29,248 bases of DNA, from assembly GCF_004010195.1 (NCBI RefSeq), contig NC_057719.1, forward strand, positions 75,376,597-75,405,844, written 5' to 3'. The position numbers were made by a program, and so were the translations under genes. Position 1 is the first letter of the stretch. Each line of letters opens with the position of its first letter. Below the pieces are notes generated by a model, which saw nothing but the letters and a program-made list of their open reading frames with translations, had not been told where the DNA came from and ran no database searches. The stretch comes from Chiloscyllium plagiosum. Lineage: Eukaryota. Positions 10,121-21,407 of the stretch are shown here, piece after piece.

Positions 10121-10690
10121 TTAAAACAACCAATGCTGGAGATCATGGTGGGTCAGGCAGCATCCACGGAGAGAGAGCAAACTAACATTTTGAGTCTAGA
10201 TGGCTCCTCTTCAGAGCTGTTGTGAAGTGTGGAAGGGACAGCATTTATGCTATAGTTTGAGGGGGGAGTGGGTGTGGGGTAGTGGGCGTAAGATGCTGGT
10301 GGAGAAAAGATGTTAGTAGATGATGTTGAATGATCAGAATGTGAGAATGGAAGAACAATGATGTGTCTCCTGCCAGACTTGAAAGGACAGTAAATGGAAT
10401 AGGGGAGGGGAGGACATGACAACAAGCGAAAAGAAAGGAAAGAAATGGTTCCCAATTTGAAGGTGTTGAATTCCATATTAAGTCCAGAAGGCTGTAAAGT
10501 ACCTAGTCTGAAGATGAGATACTGTTCCTGTGGTTTGCGCTGCTTTTCACTGGAGCACTGCACCATGTCGAGGACAGACATATGGGCATGTGAGCAGGAA
10601 GCTGTGTTAAAATGACCGGCTACAGAAAGGTCAGGGTCCTGCTTGTGCGTAGACCAGAGGAGTTCCCCAAAGCAATAACCCAGTCTGGTA
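10121..10690 (-). mobile_element. Penelope-like element 3' fragment (GIY-YIG C-terminus plus terminal repeat with hammerhead remnant at 10180-10218)
   Basis: RKPQEQYLIFRLGTLQPSGLNMEF (E...I..L.T..P.GLN motif); minus strand AGCU CUGAAGA G GAG CCAUCUAGA CUC AAAAUGUU AGUU. Confidence 0.85.
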
Positions 10691-11192
10691 GCCAGGAATC
10701 GCCAATGGGACAGGCACTAGAACAAAGTGAAACGTAATTAAACATGGTGGCTGGATGCTGACAGAACAGAAGGTAACATGATGAGGAACTTTCATCTGTA
10801 AATTCAATTTAACATTTTTTCTTTTCATGAAGCTTTTGCTATTGATTCCTGCTTTAGCCTATTTTCTACTCCACCTGAGACCATGACTCATGCTGCGCTT
10901 CCATCTTTTATTGACCCACCTCTTCCTTTTTCCATGACCCCATTTAACTCCCTGAATACCACCTGGCACTGCAGAGGCTTAGTCAGACCTCCATCAGGAA
11001 AATTGTGAATTAAAAGGAGCCAGTAAACCTCATAAAGAGGTGTCGGTGTTGTTCCAAGTATGATTAGAGACATGAAAATGATAATGGGGTGTAAAACATT
11101 AAACTGAGAAGATTATTTGCATAAACTTAGTGAGACTATGTTGAATTGTGAATTTGGGTAAGCAAAGCATATCTGGGCTATAACTAAAACTA

Positions 11193-11971
11193 TTCCACAG
11201 AGACCATTCCATCTGCGACTCCCTCGTTAAATCTGCCCCCCACCGCCACGACCACCACCAACAACACAAACCCACCCTCCACTCCCGGCACCTTCTCTTG
11301 CCACACCTACCCCTTCACCTCCATCCATGGCCCCGAATGATCCTTCCACACCTGACAGTGATTTTCCTGCACATCCAAACACCTCATGTACTGTGGTAAA
11401 AACAATGACTGCAGATGCTGGAAACTAGATTCTGGATTAGTGGTGCTGGAAGAGCACAGCAGTTCAGGCAGAAGCTCCTCGGATGCTGCCTGAACTGCTG
11501 TGCTCTTCCAGCACCACTAATCCAGAACCTTATCTACTGTGTCTGTTGCTCTCTATGTGGTCTCCTCTACGCCAACACATGCAACGTTTCAGAGAATATC
11601 TCTGGGGGACACGCACTAGCAACCCCACCGCCCTGTGGCCAAACATTTCAACTCCCCCTCCCATTCTGCCAAGGACATGCAAGTCCTGGGCCTCTTCCAC
11701 CGCCAAATCCAAGCCACCCGACGCCTGGAGGAAGTAAGCCTCCTCTTCCGTCTTGGGAACCTCCAACCACATGGCATCAACATCGATTTCACCAGTTCTC
11801 TCTCTCTCTCNNNNNNNNNCCCCCCCCCACTTTCCCACCTCCCCTATATTCCCGCTGAAGGGATTATGTCTGGAACGTTGATTTTCCTTCTCCTCGGACA
11901 CTGCCTGACCTGCTGTGCTTTACCAGCACCACACATTTCGACTCTCCAGCATCTGCAGTCCTCACTTTCTC
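11193..11971 (+). mobile_element. Penelope-like element 3' fragment (GIY-YIG plus terminal repeat; gap 11811-11819)
   Basis: LIYCVCCSLCGLLY and RRLEEVSLLFRLGNLQPHGINIDF; hammerhead remnant 11848-11883; flanking direct repeat CTAAAACTA at 11184-11192 and 11972-11980. Confidence 0.88.
11430..11527. repeat. Perfect 42-bp inverted repeat with 14-nt loop
   Basis: 11430-11471 is the exact reverse complement of 11486-11527; the sequence is PLE terminal-repeat derived. Confidence 0.95.
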
Positions 11972-12589
11972 CTAAAACTAGAACTATTCAGGAGTGATGT
12001 CAGGAAGCAGTTTTCCACACCATGGTGGAACTTTTTCCTCAGGTGGCCGTGGACAGCGAGACAAAGTAAATTAGTGAAATGAAGTTGAAAGATTTTTGGT
12101 GAAGGAATCAATATACATGAAGCAAAGGTGACCGACTGGAGTTGAAATGTAGAGTAAGATCATTTGAATGACCAAACTCCAGGTGTTACGTGTCCTAAAT
12201 CATATTCTGCTCTCTTTCGAAGGGTATGATCTTTGTCATTGTCCTTTATGTTATGTGACCTTGATCTAGAAGATCTAGCTCACTGTGAGAAGCAATTGCC
12301 TTGTTTCCCCTTTCTCCTTGTCCTGCTGTCACCCCTTCCTCTGAACATGGTTCAGGTACTGCACCAACTCAAACCCATCCTCTCCAGTCTCTGATCCTGC
12401 TATTCCGACTGACACACGCCCTTGTCCTTGAATCCATCATTTTAATACGAAACATCTCTTATTTTCTGGTGCAAATGTTGCTTTTGTTTATCATAAACTT
12501 CAATTGGAATTTCTCAAACACGATTATGGGAATTTATAACTGAATTATTCACTATAACCACAATCTCATGCCAATGATGACGCTACAGT

Positions 12590-12672
12590 ACAAAATGCTG
12601 CAGGTGCCCAGATATCAGTGATAAAAAGAGAGAATGCTGGAAAGGTGCAGCAGCTCTGGCAGCATCTGTGGT
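12590..12672 (-). mobile_element. PLE terminal-repeat remnant
   Basis: AATGCTGGAAAGGTGCAGCAGCTCTGGCAGCATCTGTGG resembles 10132-10168 and the reverse complement of 20070-20110. Confidence 0.6.
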
Positions 12673-12719
12673 GTTGCAAGAAAAAGAAAATGGTGTTTCA
12701 TTAGCTTGTTTTACATTCT

Positions 12720-13250
12720 GACAGTGACGTAGTGCCTTGGATGCTCCAAAATGGTTTACATCTGATCTAACAAAGTTAGCATTGAGCCACTCACAATGAT
12801 ATGAGATCAGGTGATTAAAAGCTCAATCAGAGGCTAGCTTTTCAGAGCTTATTTAAGGAGTAAAGGCAGTTGTAGGGAGGGTACAGAGGTGCAGGATGTC
12901 ACTGCTTGGAAGCACAGGTAAGTTGCTGGGATAGGAGACTGGACCGCATCGGAACATTAGGAAGGAATGGTGGCCATGGAAGGATTTGAACTGATGGATG
13001 AGAAATTTTAAATGGTTGTCATGCAACAGAGACCTAATGTTGGTCAGTGAGCTCGAGGGTGATGGGTGAACATGACTTGATTCAAGTTAAGGCATAACAG
13101 CAAAGGTTTGGATAGCTGCAGGAATATGGTAGATTGGTCCAGGCTCCGTAGGAGTAGTAAAGCCTGGAGGATATGTGGTTACGCAGCAGGTGATTATAGG
13201 TAGGGTCAGAGTTGGACAACATTACAGAGATGTGGTGACAATCTTTTCTG
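12720..13250 (-). mobile_element. Old L2-like LINE 3' remnant
   Basis: TGAGCCAC...GATCAGGTGATTAAAAGC and GGTCAGTGAGCTCGAGGGTGATGGGTGAAC resemble recalled shark L2-type 3' regions; no ORF support. Confidence 0.45.
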
Positions 13251-13389
13251 TCTTGAATGTGATGCTAAAATTGCAAACTCTCAAGTTTATTCCCATTTTC
13301 TACAGGAAAGGGTAGCGTTGCTGGGAAGTGAGTAAATGTGAGAAATCAAGCTAAATGCTCTTTCTCTTTGTAATATTAGTTGAATTAAA

Positions 13390-13508
13390 TTTCTCCTCAC
13401 CTCCTCCACCCCCACCCCACATTCCTAATGAAGGGTTTATGCCCAAAACATTGACTTTCCTGCTCCTCGGATGCTGCCTGACCTGCTCTGCTTTTCCAGC
13501 GCCACTCG
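13390..13508 (+). mobile_element. PLE terminal-repeat fragment with hammerhead remnant (13421-13456)
   Basis: ATTC CTAATGA A GGGT TTAT GCCC AAAACATT GACT then TTCCTGCTCCTCGGATGCTGCCTGACCTGCT; a tail-like piece also occurs at 13846-13897. Confidence 0.8.
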
Positions 13509-14817
13509 TTGTTTATGTAGCAGTGGTTTACAATCTAGAATCATTTATGGTGAAGAATGGAAGTGTGTCAGTCAGATAATTAAAACCAACTTCAAAGAAA
13601 TCATCTTAATCAATAGCTTGTAAGAGCTTATGTAAGGAGAAAAGTCAGTTGTGTGGAGGACATAGAGGTGCAAGATGTCACAGTTTGAAGAGCACAGGTA
13701 AGTTGCTGGGATGGACAGCATTGGACAGTTAAGAAGGAATGGTACCCTGAAGGGATTTGAACTAGCCAAAGTCAAGGCTAGTCTGGGAGAGAACAGAACA
13801 TGAATATTCCTTTAGCAAGAAGAATAGAATCCTGCCTAAACATTAGTTTCCAGCGCCATACTCTTCGTCTGTGATCTGCAGTCCCTCGCTTTCTCCTGAA
13901 CGTCAGTCACTTCCGGCAGTGAATGAGAGACTGATGTGGCCTCACTGGTAAAGATTCAACTCCACGGGAACGTAATAGTGACTTTGTCTGGAAGGAATTT
14001 CCAAAGCTTGCTCCTTTTGAAGAACAAGGGACCACCAGCCAAGCCTGCAAAGTTTCCATCTTAAAGGACTGAAATTAGAAGCCGTTATTTATTTCTGTTA
14101 ATAAACCAAACACGTGCCTTGCCTCTAGAATCCATCCTTTCTTATGTTCGTGTTTGTGCACAGGAGGGAGAGCTTTTTACCTTTCAAAATATAGTTGCAA
14201 ATGTTATCCTTTGTTCTGAATTTAAAACTTAGCAGAAGTCCTGCTTTGTGTTGTCGCTGCAAATCACAACACTTGAGCTTGAGAGCACTCTAAGACAAGT
14301 TGCTACAGACCACTGAGAGGTGAGGAAAGTTATCTCACTCTCTCTCTCCCTCTCCCTCTCTCTCTGTAACACTGTTTTGGTGCAAAGCTTCAAGCAATTT
14401 CTGTTTTGGATTCTTTTATCTCCAGGATTCCCAAAAATGGCATTTCAGAGCCGTAAGAATGACAGGAGAACTGAAGCTGCACTCCCCTTCCTTGTGACCA
14501 GCTATATCTGTTGAATAATACACTTTGAACTGTCATGGTGAAAGTGGCCTTTACTAAACCAAGCCACCAGTCCAGTGCTACCACCAGTGGGTCCTCAGTA
14601 CGATCCCTTTAAGCACTTATGAAGAGAGAATGTGCACGTGACCAAACTAAATGATGGAGTTTGCATTTGCAAAACAAAACAAATTGCTTCAGCCACTTAA
14701 CAGAGGGAGATCACAAGATGCAGAGATAAAAATTTGAGAAACTAATCAGAAAAATTGAGCTTCAGCACAAGATGAATTTGAGTAAAGCATGCAAAATACT
14801 GAGGCAAAAGGTTTTTG

Positions 14818-14850
14818 TTGCCACCTAGTGGCTAGAATATGCAACTGCAC
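14818..14850 (-). promoter_or_regulatory. Candidate CTCF binding site with upstream motif
   Basis: Minus strand TGCAG TTGC ATATTC TAG CCACTAGGTGGCA; the core fits CCASYAGRKGGCR. Confidence 0.6.
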
Positions 14851-17800
14851 GCAAGCAGTTCTTAAAGTATGCTGTACACTGTCACAGTTAATTGGAAAAT
14901 TGGAAAATCCTGTTAAAGCAGGATAGGAAATATCATGCCTAATATCGCCAGGGATGCAATTAACATTGAGCACATTGCAGTTGCTGATGGACAACCTTTG
15001 GAAGAATGACGAGCATTTTTCTAAAAGAAATCCTACACAGTGTGACAAGGCTGCTATCAAAATATGCCTCTCTCCATGTGAGCATCTCTGTAACAGGCAC
15101 CACTAGTTGAATGGTGTGGTATCAATATCTTTAATTTGGATTTCTTTGGAATATGTTAAGTCCATGTGCTCCAGCAAATACATTTTCAGCAGGGAATATT
15201 GATTCATATGCACTACTTTGAAAAGCACTTCCTAGGTGATTAATTCCCTTTGTGCACAGGACTCCTGAATAGTTTGCAACCTACAAAGTAGTAATTAACA
15301 AGCCCGAGAAGTCGATGGGAGTTCTGTGAAAGGGCTGGCTCTTGGCCACTGGGCTTGTAGACTATTTGGTCTTAGACCTGTGAAAAGAAATGGTCATAGC
15401 TCATCTTCAGGGAATGAGTGGTCATGATTTCAGTGCAGTCTAAATTTCCTTTACTCCTTACATCCCTACATCATGGCTATTTGAATTGTAAGAGTGGTGC
15501 CACAACCAAAATTATAGACCTTTTGCACACTGTGCCATGAAGATGTAGAGTCAATATTCTACTTGATTTTGTGCACATGGAAGGAAGAGCTCTATTTACC
15601 ATTTTTAGCAAATTCGAATTGTCAAATATATGTAAACGTACTCAACTTTGCTTCAAATCGGAAATCTGCCCACCTGTGTGCTGATAGAGCTTGGCACGCA
15701 AGTTGATAATTTCTGGCAGAGTATTCATTTTGTGAAGATCAGCTTTCAAGAAACCATGTTCTGTAGATAGGAACGGATCATACATTGTGTTAAAATGATA
15801 GTAGCTGACCTCGAACCTGAAGGAAAGTAGCTTGGCCTGGAGCTATTTCGTATGTATGTCGTATTTGTTTAAGGGTGTGGCCAAGATAGCTTTGGGCGAC
15901 TGAAGTCAGCAAGGATTTCAGATGCAGTTGTACTCTGCCTGTCTGTGAGCAATTGAGAAGCTCCTCTTGCATTTAAAACCAGCAAAATTAAATTGGCATA
16001 AAAATTCACAGCACACAATTAACTGCAGATTATTGCTCAATAAACCTGTAGTAATGGCTTCAGTCATTAAAATTCTTGTGAATGTGATTGCTTATCAAGG
16101 TCGTCAAAAGTTAGCTGTGTGCAGACAGCTGCAATTGGCAGAAGAAAATGACTGCAAGTGAAATTATTGTGCATGAACCAGCAGCATTGGCCCAGAGTTT
16201 GCTGTATTGTGTCCTATTCAGGTGTTTTTTCTTCAGCCTCCAACCTAATCGTTTTGCATCACAAATTGCCTGATGCAAAACTTGATAATGCTGGAGAGAG
16301 TCAATGCAGCATCAAGAACCTTGGTCAGCAAGATGTGCATGTAGACTGTGATATGATGAATTAGGACTACAATGGGATAGACAGAGCAGTTTGGGCGAAG
16401 CAAGAACTGTTTGTTTTTTTTTGAACAAAAGCAATCTCCAGGGACAATTTACAAACTGCAGGAATGAGAATCGATGGCTTCAATGTATAGAAATTTTATG
16501 ACACCACAGTCTGTCATGCCTATGACACTCAATTATCCCACCTTCCTGCATTAGGTCTATGGCCCTGCAGGTCCCACTCTTTAAGTAGACAAAAGAATAC
16601 TTTTGAAATGTGGTGGAAGTTACCACCGCTGTTCCCTTTTCAGGTGATGAGTTCCAACTCCTGACAATCCTACAGTGGAAAGGCCTTTCATCCTCTCCCT
16701 CTGAACCCATCGAACACTTGAAATCTGTGTTCCCCTGTTTTACGATCCCATATGCTAAGCTCCCCTTGTTTGCTGTACCCAGGTCCCTCATAATTTTGTA
16801 CACCTTTGAATGTTAGTTGCCTCTGTTCCAAAGAAAGGAAACCTAGTGTATTTAATCTTTATTTACAGCTAACATTTTCTAGTCTTGCTAACATCCTTAT
16901 AAATCCCCTCTGTACCATCTCCTGTGCAATCATACCTTTCCTGTGATGTGGTGACCAGAAGACTTGAACTGTGGATTAACAGCGCTTTCTAGAGTTCTGA
17001 TATAATTTCCCTGCTCTTGTATTGTGCGCTTCAAGTGATAAAGCAAAGTGTGCAGTGTGCCTTTTAAGCATCTTATAACCCAAGCTGTACTTTTCTCGTG
17101 ATCTGTGTTCATATACTCCAAAGTGCCTCTGTTATTCCACATTCCCCTCCCATTTATTATACATTCTTTTCCCTTAATGCTCCTTTCAAAATGCATTGAA
17201 TCCATAGACGTGTGAAGTAATTTCATTTTTCATTCTCCAGCCCAACTGACCAGACCGTCTCTACCGTGCCACATTCTAAAACATTCCTCCTCGCAGTTAA
17301 TCAGGTGACCTATATTTTTGCACCATCTACATCTTGGTTTTGTTATGAAACCCTCAATGTTTGGGTCTAATCACTCATATAGACTATAAAAATGCAAATG
17401 TACTCAGCTCTGAAAGACTTAGCTGATTTAAAAAGTTAATCAGAGAAACACCAGACCCCCGTTATCCTTTATTTCTTGCCACTAACTAATTTTGGATCTA
17501 GTTTGTCATCTCTTTTTAATACCAAGGCTTTACCATTTTGATAAGCCTGCCACATGAGACCATGTCAAAAACCTCACTAAAAGCCATATGGATCATATCC
17601 AACTCACTGTCCTCAGCAATGTTACTTGACATTTCCTCAAAATCTTGGAAGTTAGTCCAGGCCAACCTTCCCTTCACAACTTCATGCAGATGTTTCTTCA
17701 TTCCCCTGATTGATTCATGGTTTTCTGAATAAAGGTTTATATGGTCCCTCTGGCCTCTAGTTACTCCAATTTTCGCTCATTTTGTGAATTACAGAACAAA

Positions 17801-18258
17801 GTCCTCAGATCCCCAGAGGACAGGCACAGGTCTTCTAGCCAAGAAGGATGAAATCTGAGGATTGCAGCCTCTGCATTTTTCTTCCTTGCTTCTTTTAACA
17901 ACCCGAATTACGTTTCATCCAGGTTTGGCGAGTTATCTCCTTTTGTAAGTGCAAAACACTTTAATGCTCCTTCTCTCTCAATGTTTATCTAATCCAGTGT
18001 TTCACTGTTACTTATCAACTGCAATTCATCATAGGCCCCTGACTTGTGGAGACAATGGCAAAGTCTTCATTAAGAATCTTGCCCACAAGTGTGGCTTCAC
18101 GGACTGGTCACCTTTCCGATTGCCTGTTTTCTTAGTTATTCTGTTGCTTTTGATACAGTTATAAACGTTTTAGATTTTACTTGCTAATATTCCATCTCTT
18201 TGCAGTTCTAGTTTCCATTTCTCGTTCACCCCTGTATTTCTGGTACTCTTCTGTACTC

Positions 18259-18730
18259 TGAGTCATACAGCACTGAAACAGGCCCTTCCATTCAACTCGT
18301 CCATGCTGACCAAGTTTTCCAAACTAAACTAGTCCCATTTGCCTGAGTTTGGCCCATATCTCTCTTAAACCTTTCCTGTTCATTACCTGTCCACATGAAT
18401 TTTAGCTGTACCTGGATCTATCATTTCCTCTGGCAGTTCATTCGGGCCACCCTCTATGTGAAGAAGTTGCCCCTCAGATCCCTTTTTAAATTTTTCTCCT
18501 CTCACCTTAAAAATATGCCCCCTAGTTTTGAACTCTCCCACCCTTGGGAAAAGACATTTGCTGTTCACCTCAGCTATGCCCCTCATGATTTTTTTCAGCC
18601 TCTATAAGATCATCCTCCTACACTCCAGTAAAAAACGTCCCAGCCTCTCCCTATAACTCAAGCCTTCCATTCCCAGCAAATTCCTGGTAAATCTTTTCTG
18701 AACCCTCTCCAATTTAATAATATCCTTCCA
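18259..18730 (-). mobile_element. Younger CR1 3' fragment nested in the old CR1
   Basis: GAGTCATACAGCACTGAAACAGGCCCTTC tail; ORF 18383-18586 LFPRVGEFKTRGHIFKVRGEKFK. Confidence 0.9.
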
Positions 18731-20029
18731 ACTTTTTGTGTTTCATGCAAGCTTCTTTTCTATGTGTTACAATGCCTACTATCACCTTGTCATTTATAGA
18801 TCTCTGGAATCTACTGTTCTGTTTGTCTCTTAGAGAAAACAATGTTTACCCAAACTCTTTGAATTGTTTTTCTTCCCATTGTTCTGGCACCACTTAATCT
18901 TGAAATGATTGTTTCCAATACAATTTTAAGTTGTTGCTCTGCCTAATCAAGTTGGCCTTCTCTCAATTTATCTTTGTTCTTTTCCAGAATTGTGCTAAGT
19001 ATAACTAAATTACACTAACTACAACAAAAGTACTCCCCCACTAATAGTCCTTTCACCTGCTCAGCTCCATTGCCTGAACTTAAATCGTCTACCAGTCCCC
19101 ACTCCACCTTCATCTTGTTCATTTTGTCACATAGTGACCTTAAAAAAAAAAGTTACCTTGAATGTAGCCAGCAATTACATGCTCTCTGTATCGTCTAACC
19201 TCGCTGCATCTCAGCTATTAGGGTAATTGAATTCCCCCACTATTCTGCTCTTTTTGCATTTTTCAAGGGTTTCCTTACAGATTTGATCTTCTTTCTTCAT
19301 CACTTTTGTGATTAGGTGAAGAGGTGTGAATTCACTCACACCTTTTCAGCCGTGAACAAAGATGCATCCTTTTTAGTGTGACGCTGTACTCTTTCAATTA
19401 AAACGTTAACTATGTTCCACTGATCAGAGAGGAACCAATTATAAGGTTGAGTGAAAGGAAGCAATTTTATTATCTGATATTGCTGAGGGGGAGAAAGTAA
19501 AGGTGCAGTGTCAAGTATGCATGTGGTGATGCAAGTAGAAAGTTACAAAGGTTTAGTTTCCAGTACAGAACCAGGTGAAAGGAACATACAATTTAAAGTC
19601 AGTGGGATGTCATCGAGCTGTAAGATTTTAATCTGAGATCACAGTTATTATTTTGTAATATAGTCAGTGTTGCAGTTCTTCTTTTAAGTTCCATGTTCTG
19701 ATGTTTCTTTGTAATCTGTCTTATCACTTCTCTGTTTTCCTTGTTGACGCACAGAGCTTTTTGCACCTTCAGTTCTACAGTCACTAATTAATCTCTTTTC
19801 AGCTGGAACTGGCACCTTGAAATATAAGCTTGTTTTATGTATTCACTCTCCGCAAGCTGCGTTTACTTTGATTTGCTAATCTCAAATGATGTTCCATCTC
19901 CAATGCGCCAGTTCCCATAAAGTTGTTCATCAAAGTAGATGATTTGTCACACCTGCCTGAGTTCATTGGTTTTGGTGCCTTTTGATAAAATCCCAATTTC
20001 ATTTTAGACCGGCTTCGTTTTATTCCTTT

Positions 20030-20155
20030 TGTGATAAAGTGGCCTCTTACAGCTAAAACATTGTCTCTCCACAGATGCTGCAGACATACTGAGTTCCTCC
20101 AGCAATTTCTGTTTCTGTTTCAGACCTCCAGCATCTGCACTACTTTGCTTTTATT
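20030..20155 (+). mobile_element. PLE terminal-repeat remnant
   Basis: CTCTCCACAGATGCTGCAGAC...CTCCAGCAATTTCTGTTT...CTCCAGCATCTGCA; hammerhead barely recognisable. Confidence 0.65.
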
Positions 20156-20218
20156 TCTACATTCCACGTTGATTTTTGTGAACTTTGTCTATCGTGGGGT
20201 CAGGTAATTGCTGTAGCC

Positions 20219-20789
20219 CATTTGTCAGTGTTTTTTGTTTCTTTTTAAAACCGTTTCACTCTGTGAAAATCCCAAGGAGTAAAATCAAACTATGAAATTC
20301 TGAAATCAACAATCTATATTTTATCAACATTGAGACAGTCAAACTGTTTGGAGGTCTGTAGCGTGTACCCAGCACGGCCATTCCCCCTTCCTTTTGTTCC
20401 ATGGTTTACAGGGATCAAATGAGCTAAGACATTTAATGTATCACCCTTTGTCACAGCCATAATTGTTTCTTCAATCAACGTTGTCATCCCATCTCCATCT
20501 TTACCCCGCGCTCTCTTTTCTCTGAAAACCCTGTTAAGTAGGAGCATTAAGTTGCATTCCGGTTCCTTTTCTAAATGATCTTTCTGATGTAGCTTAAAAT
20601 TTATACTTCCAAGCCCCCTCCTTTCTTGAGACTCCTTTTTGTCTATTTTCCAATCTCTGTGCAGCTTTCTAAAGCCCCTCTGTAGTTTTCGATACCTGCC
20701 CTGCTTTTCTCCCTTCTGTGTCTGCGGCCCTGCTTGGGATTTTCATCGACTGAAATGGTTTTAAAAAGAAACAAAAACACTGACAAATG
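20219..20789. repeat. Inverted repeat pair (58 bp and 57 bp) separated by ~456 bp
   Basis: 20219-20276 versus the reverse complement of 20733-20789: 4 substitutions and 1 indel. Confidence 0.9.
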
Positions 20790-21407
20790 CTGAGGGGCAC
20801 CTACCGTCCTGGTCGATTCCCAATTTCACCTGAACTGGTCCCAATGTCTGAAGAATCTAAAGGCTTCCCTCCTGCACATTCTCCAGCTCCATAGTTAGTT
20901 TTCTCCTCCCATCTCTCTGCTCACTTATGGAGGGCACCAGGCACATGGTCCTCCTAAACTATCAGCCTACACGTCTTCTGAATGACAGGCACTCAGACCC
21001 TCTGTACCTGCAAACTCTCAAGGTGTGGGACAATCACTCATAACAGGATGTGCACTTCATTGATCTGAGGTGCCCTGCCATTCTTTTTATGTTAAGTCAT
21101 AATGGGTATAATCAAAATACTCAATGTATATATTGGTTTATTTGTTAGTTAACTACCTGTATTCCTCAAGTAGAGTTGCCTCTTTAGTTAACTAATAGTC
21201 CTCAATCAATTAGGTGACCTAACAAGTCGGTACAGATGATGTGAAACTTATGCAAGTTTATTAGGACTTTGGTGGTAATCTATTCATGATGTGCACATAT
21301 CGAGTGTGATGGAAAGAAGTTTAGCTTGAGTCAGTAATAAGTAGTACCTTGAACAACCTCTGGGGTGATCATAGTTTTTAAGGAAGAAGGTCATTGAATT
21401 CATGTCA

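Larger units (their letters stand above)
10970..12200 (+). mobile_element. Old CR1 3' fragment split by a PLE insertion
   Basis: TTCAGGAGTGATGTCAGGAAGCAGTTTTCCACAC and a CR1-like tail after 11980; weak CR1 similarity at 10970-11190. Confidence 0.55.
16500..21090 (-). mobile_element. Old, heavily decayed, near full-length CR1 LINE (ORF1, endonuclease and RT remnants)
   Basis: ORF2 C-terminus (MYKIMRDL...IVRSWNSSP), RT (LTNL..F-like 'AWTNFQDFEEMS...DMIHMAFSEVFDMV'), endonuclease (RVFREKRARGKDGDGMTTLIEE, 20314-20547), ORF1 esterase-like FRFFRHWDQF near 20830-20870; all minus strand and colinear. May be more than one insertion. Confidence 0.7.

Noticed and set aside
13900..14690. Possible solo LTR-like sequence (AATAAA at ~14100, CT tract at ~14335-14364)
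   Set aside because: No TG...CA ends, TSD or second copy could be identified; not supportable without a repeat search.
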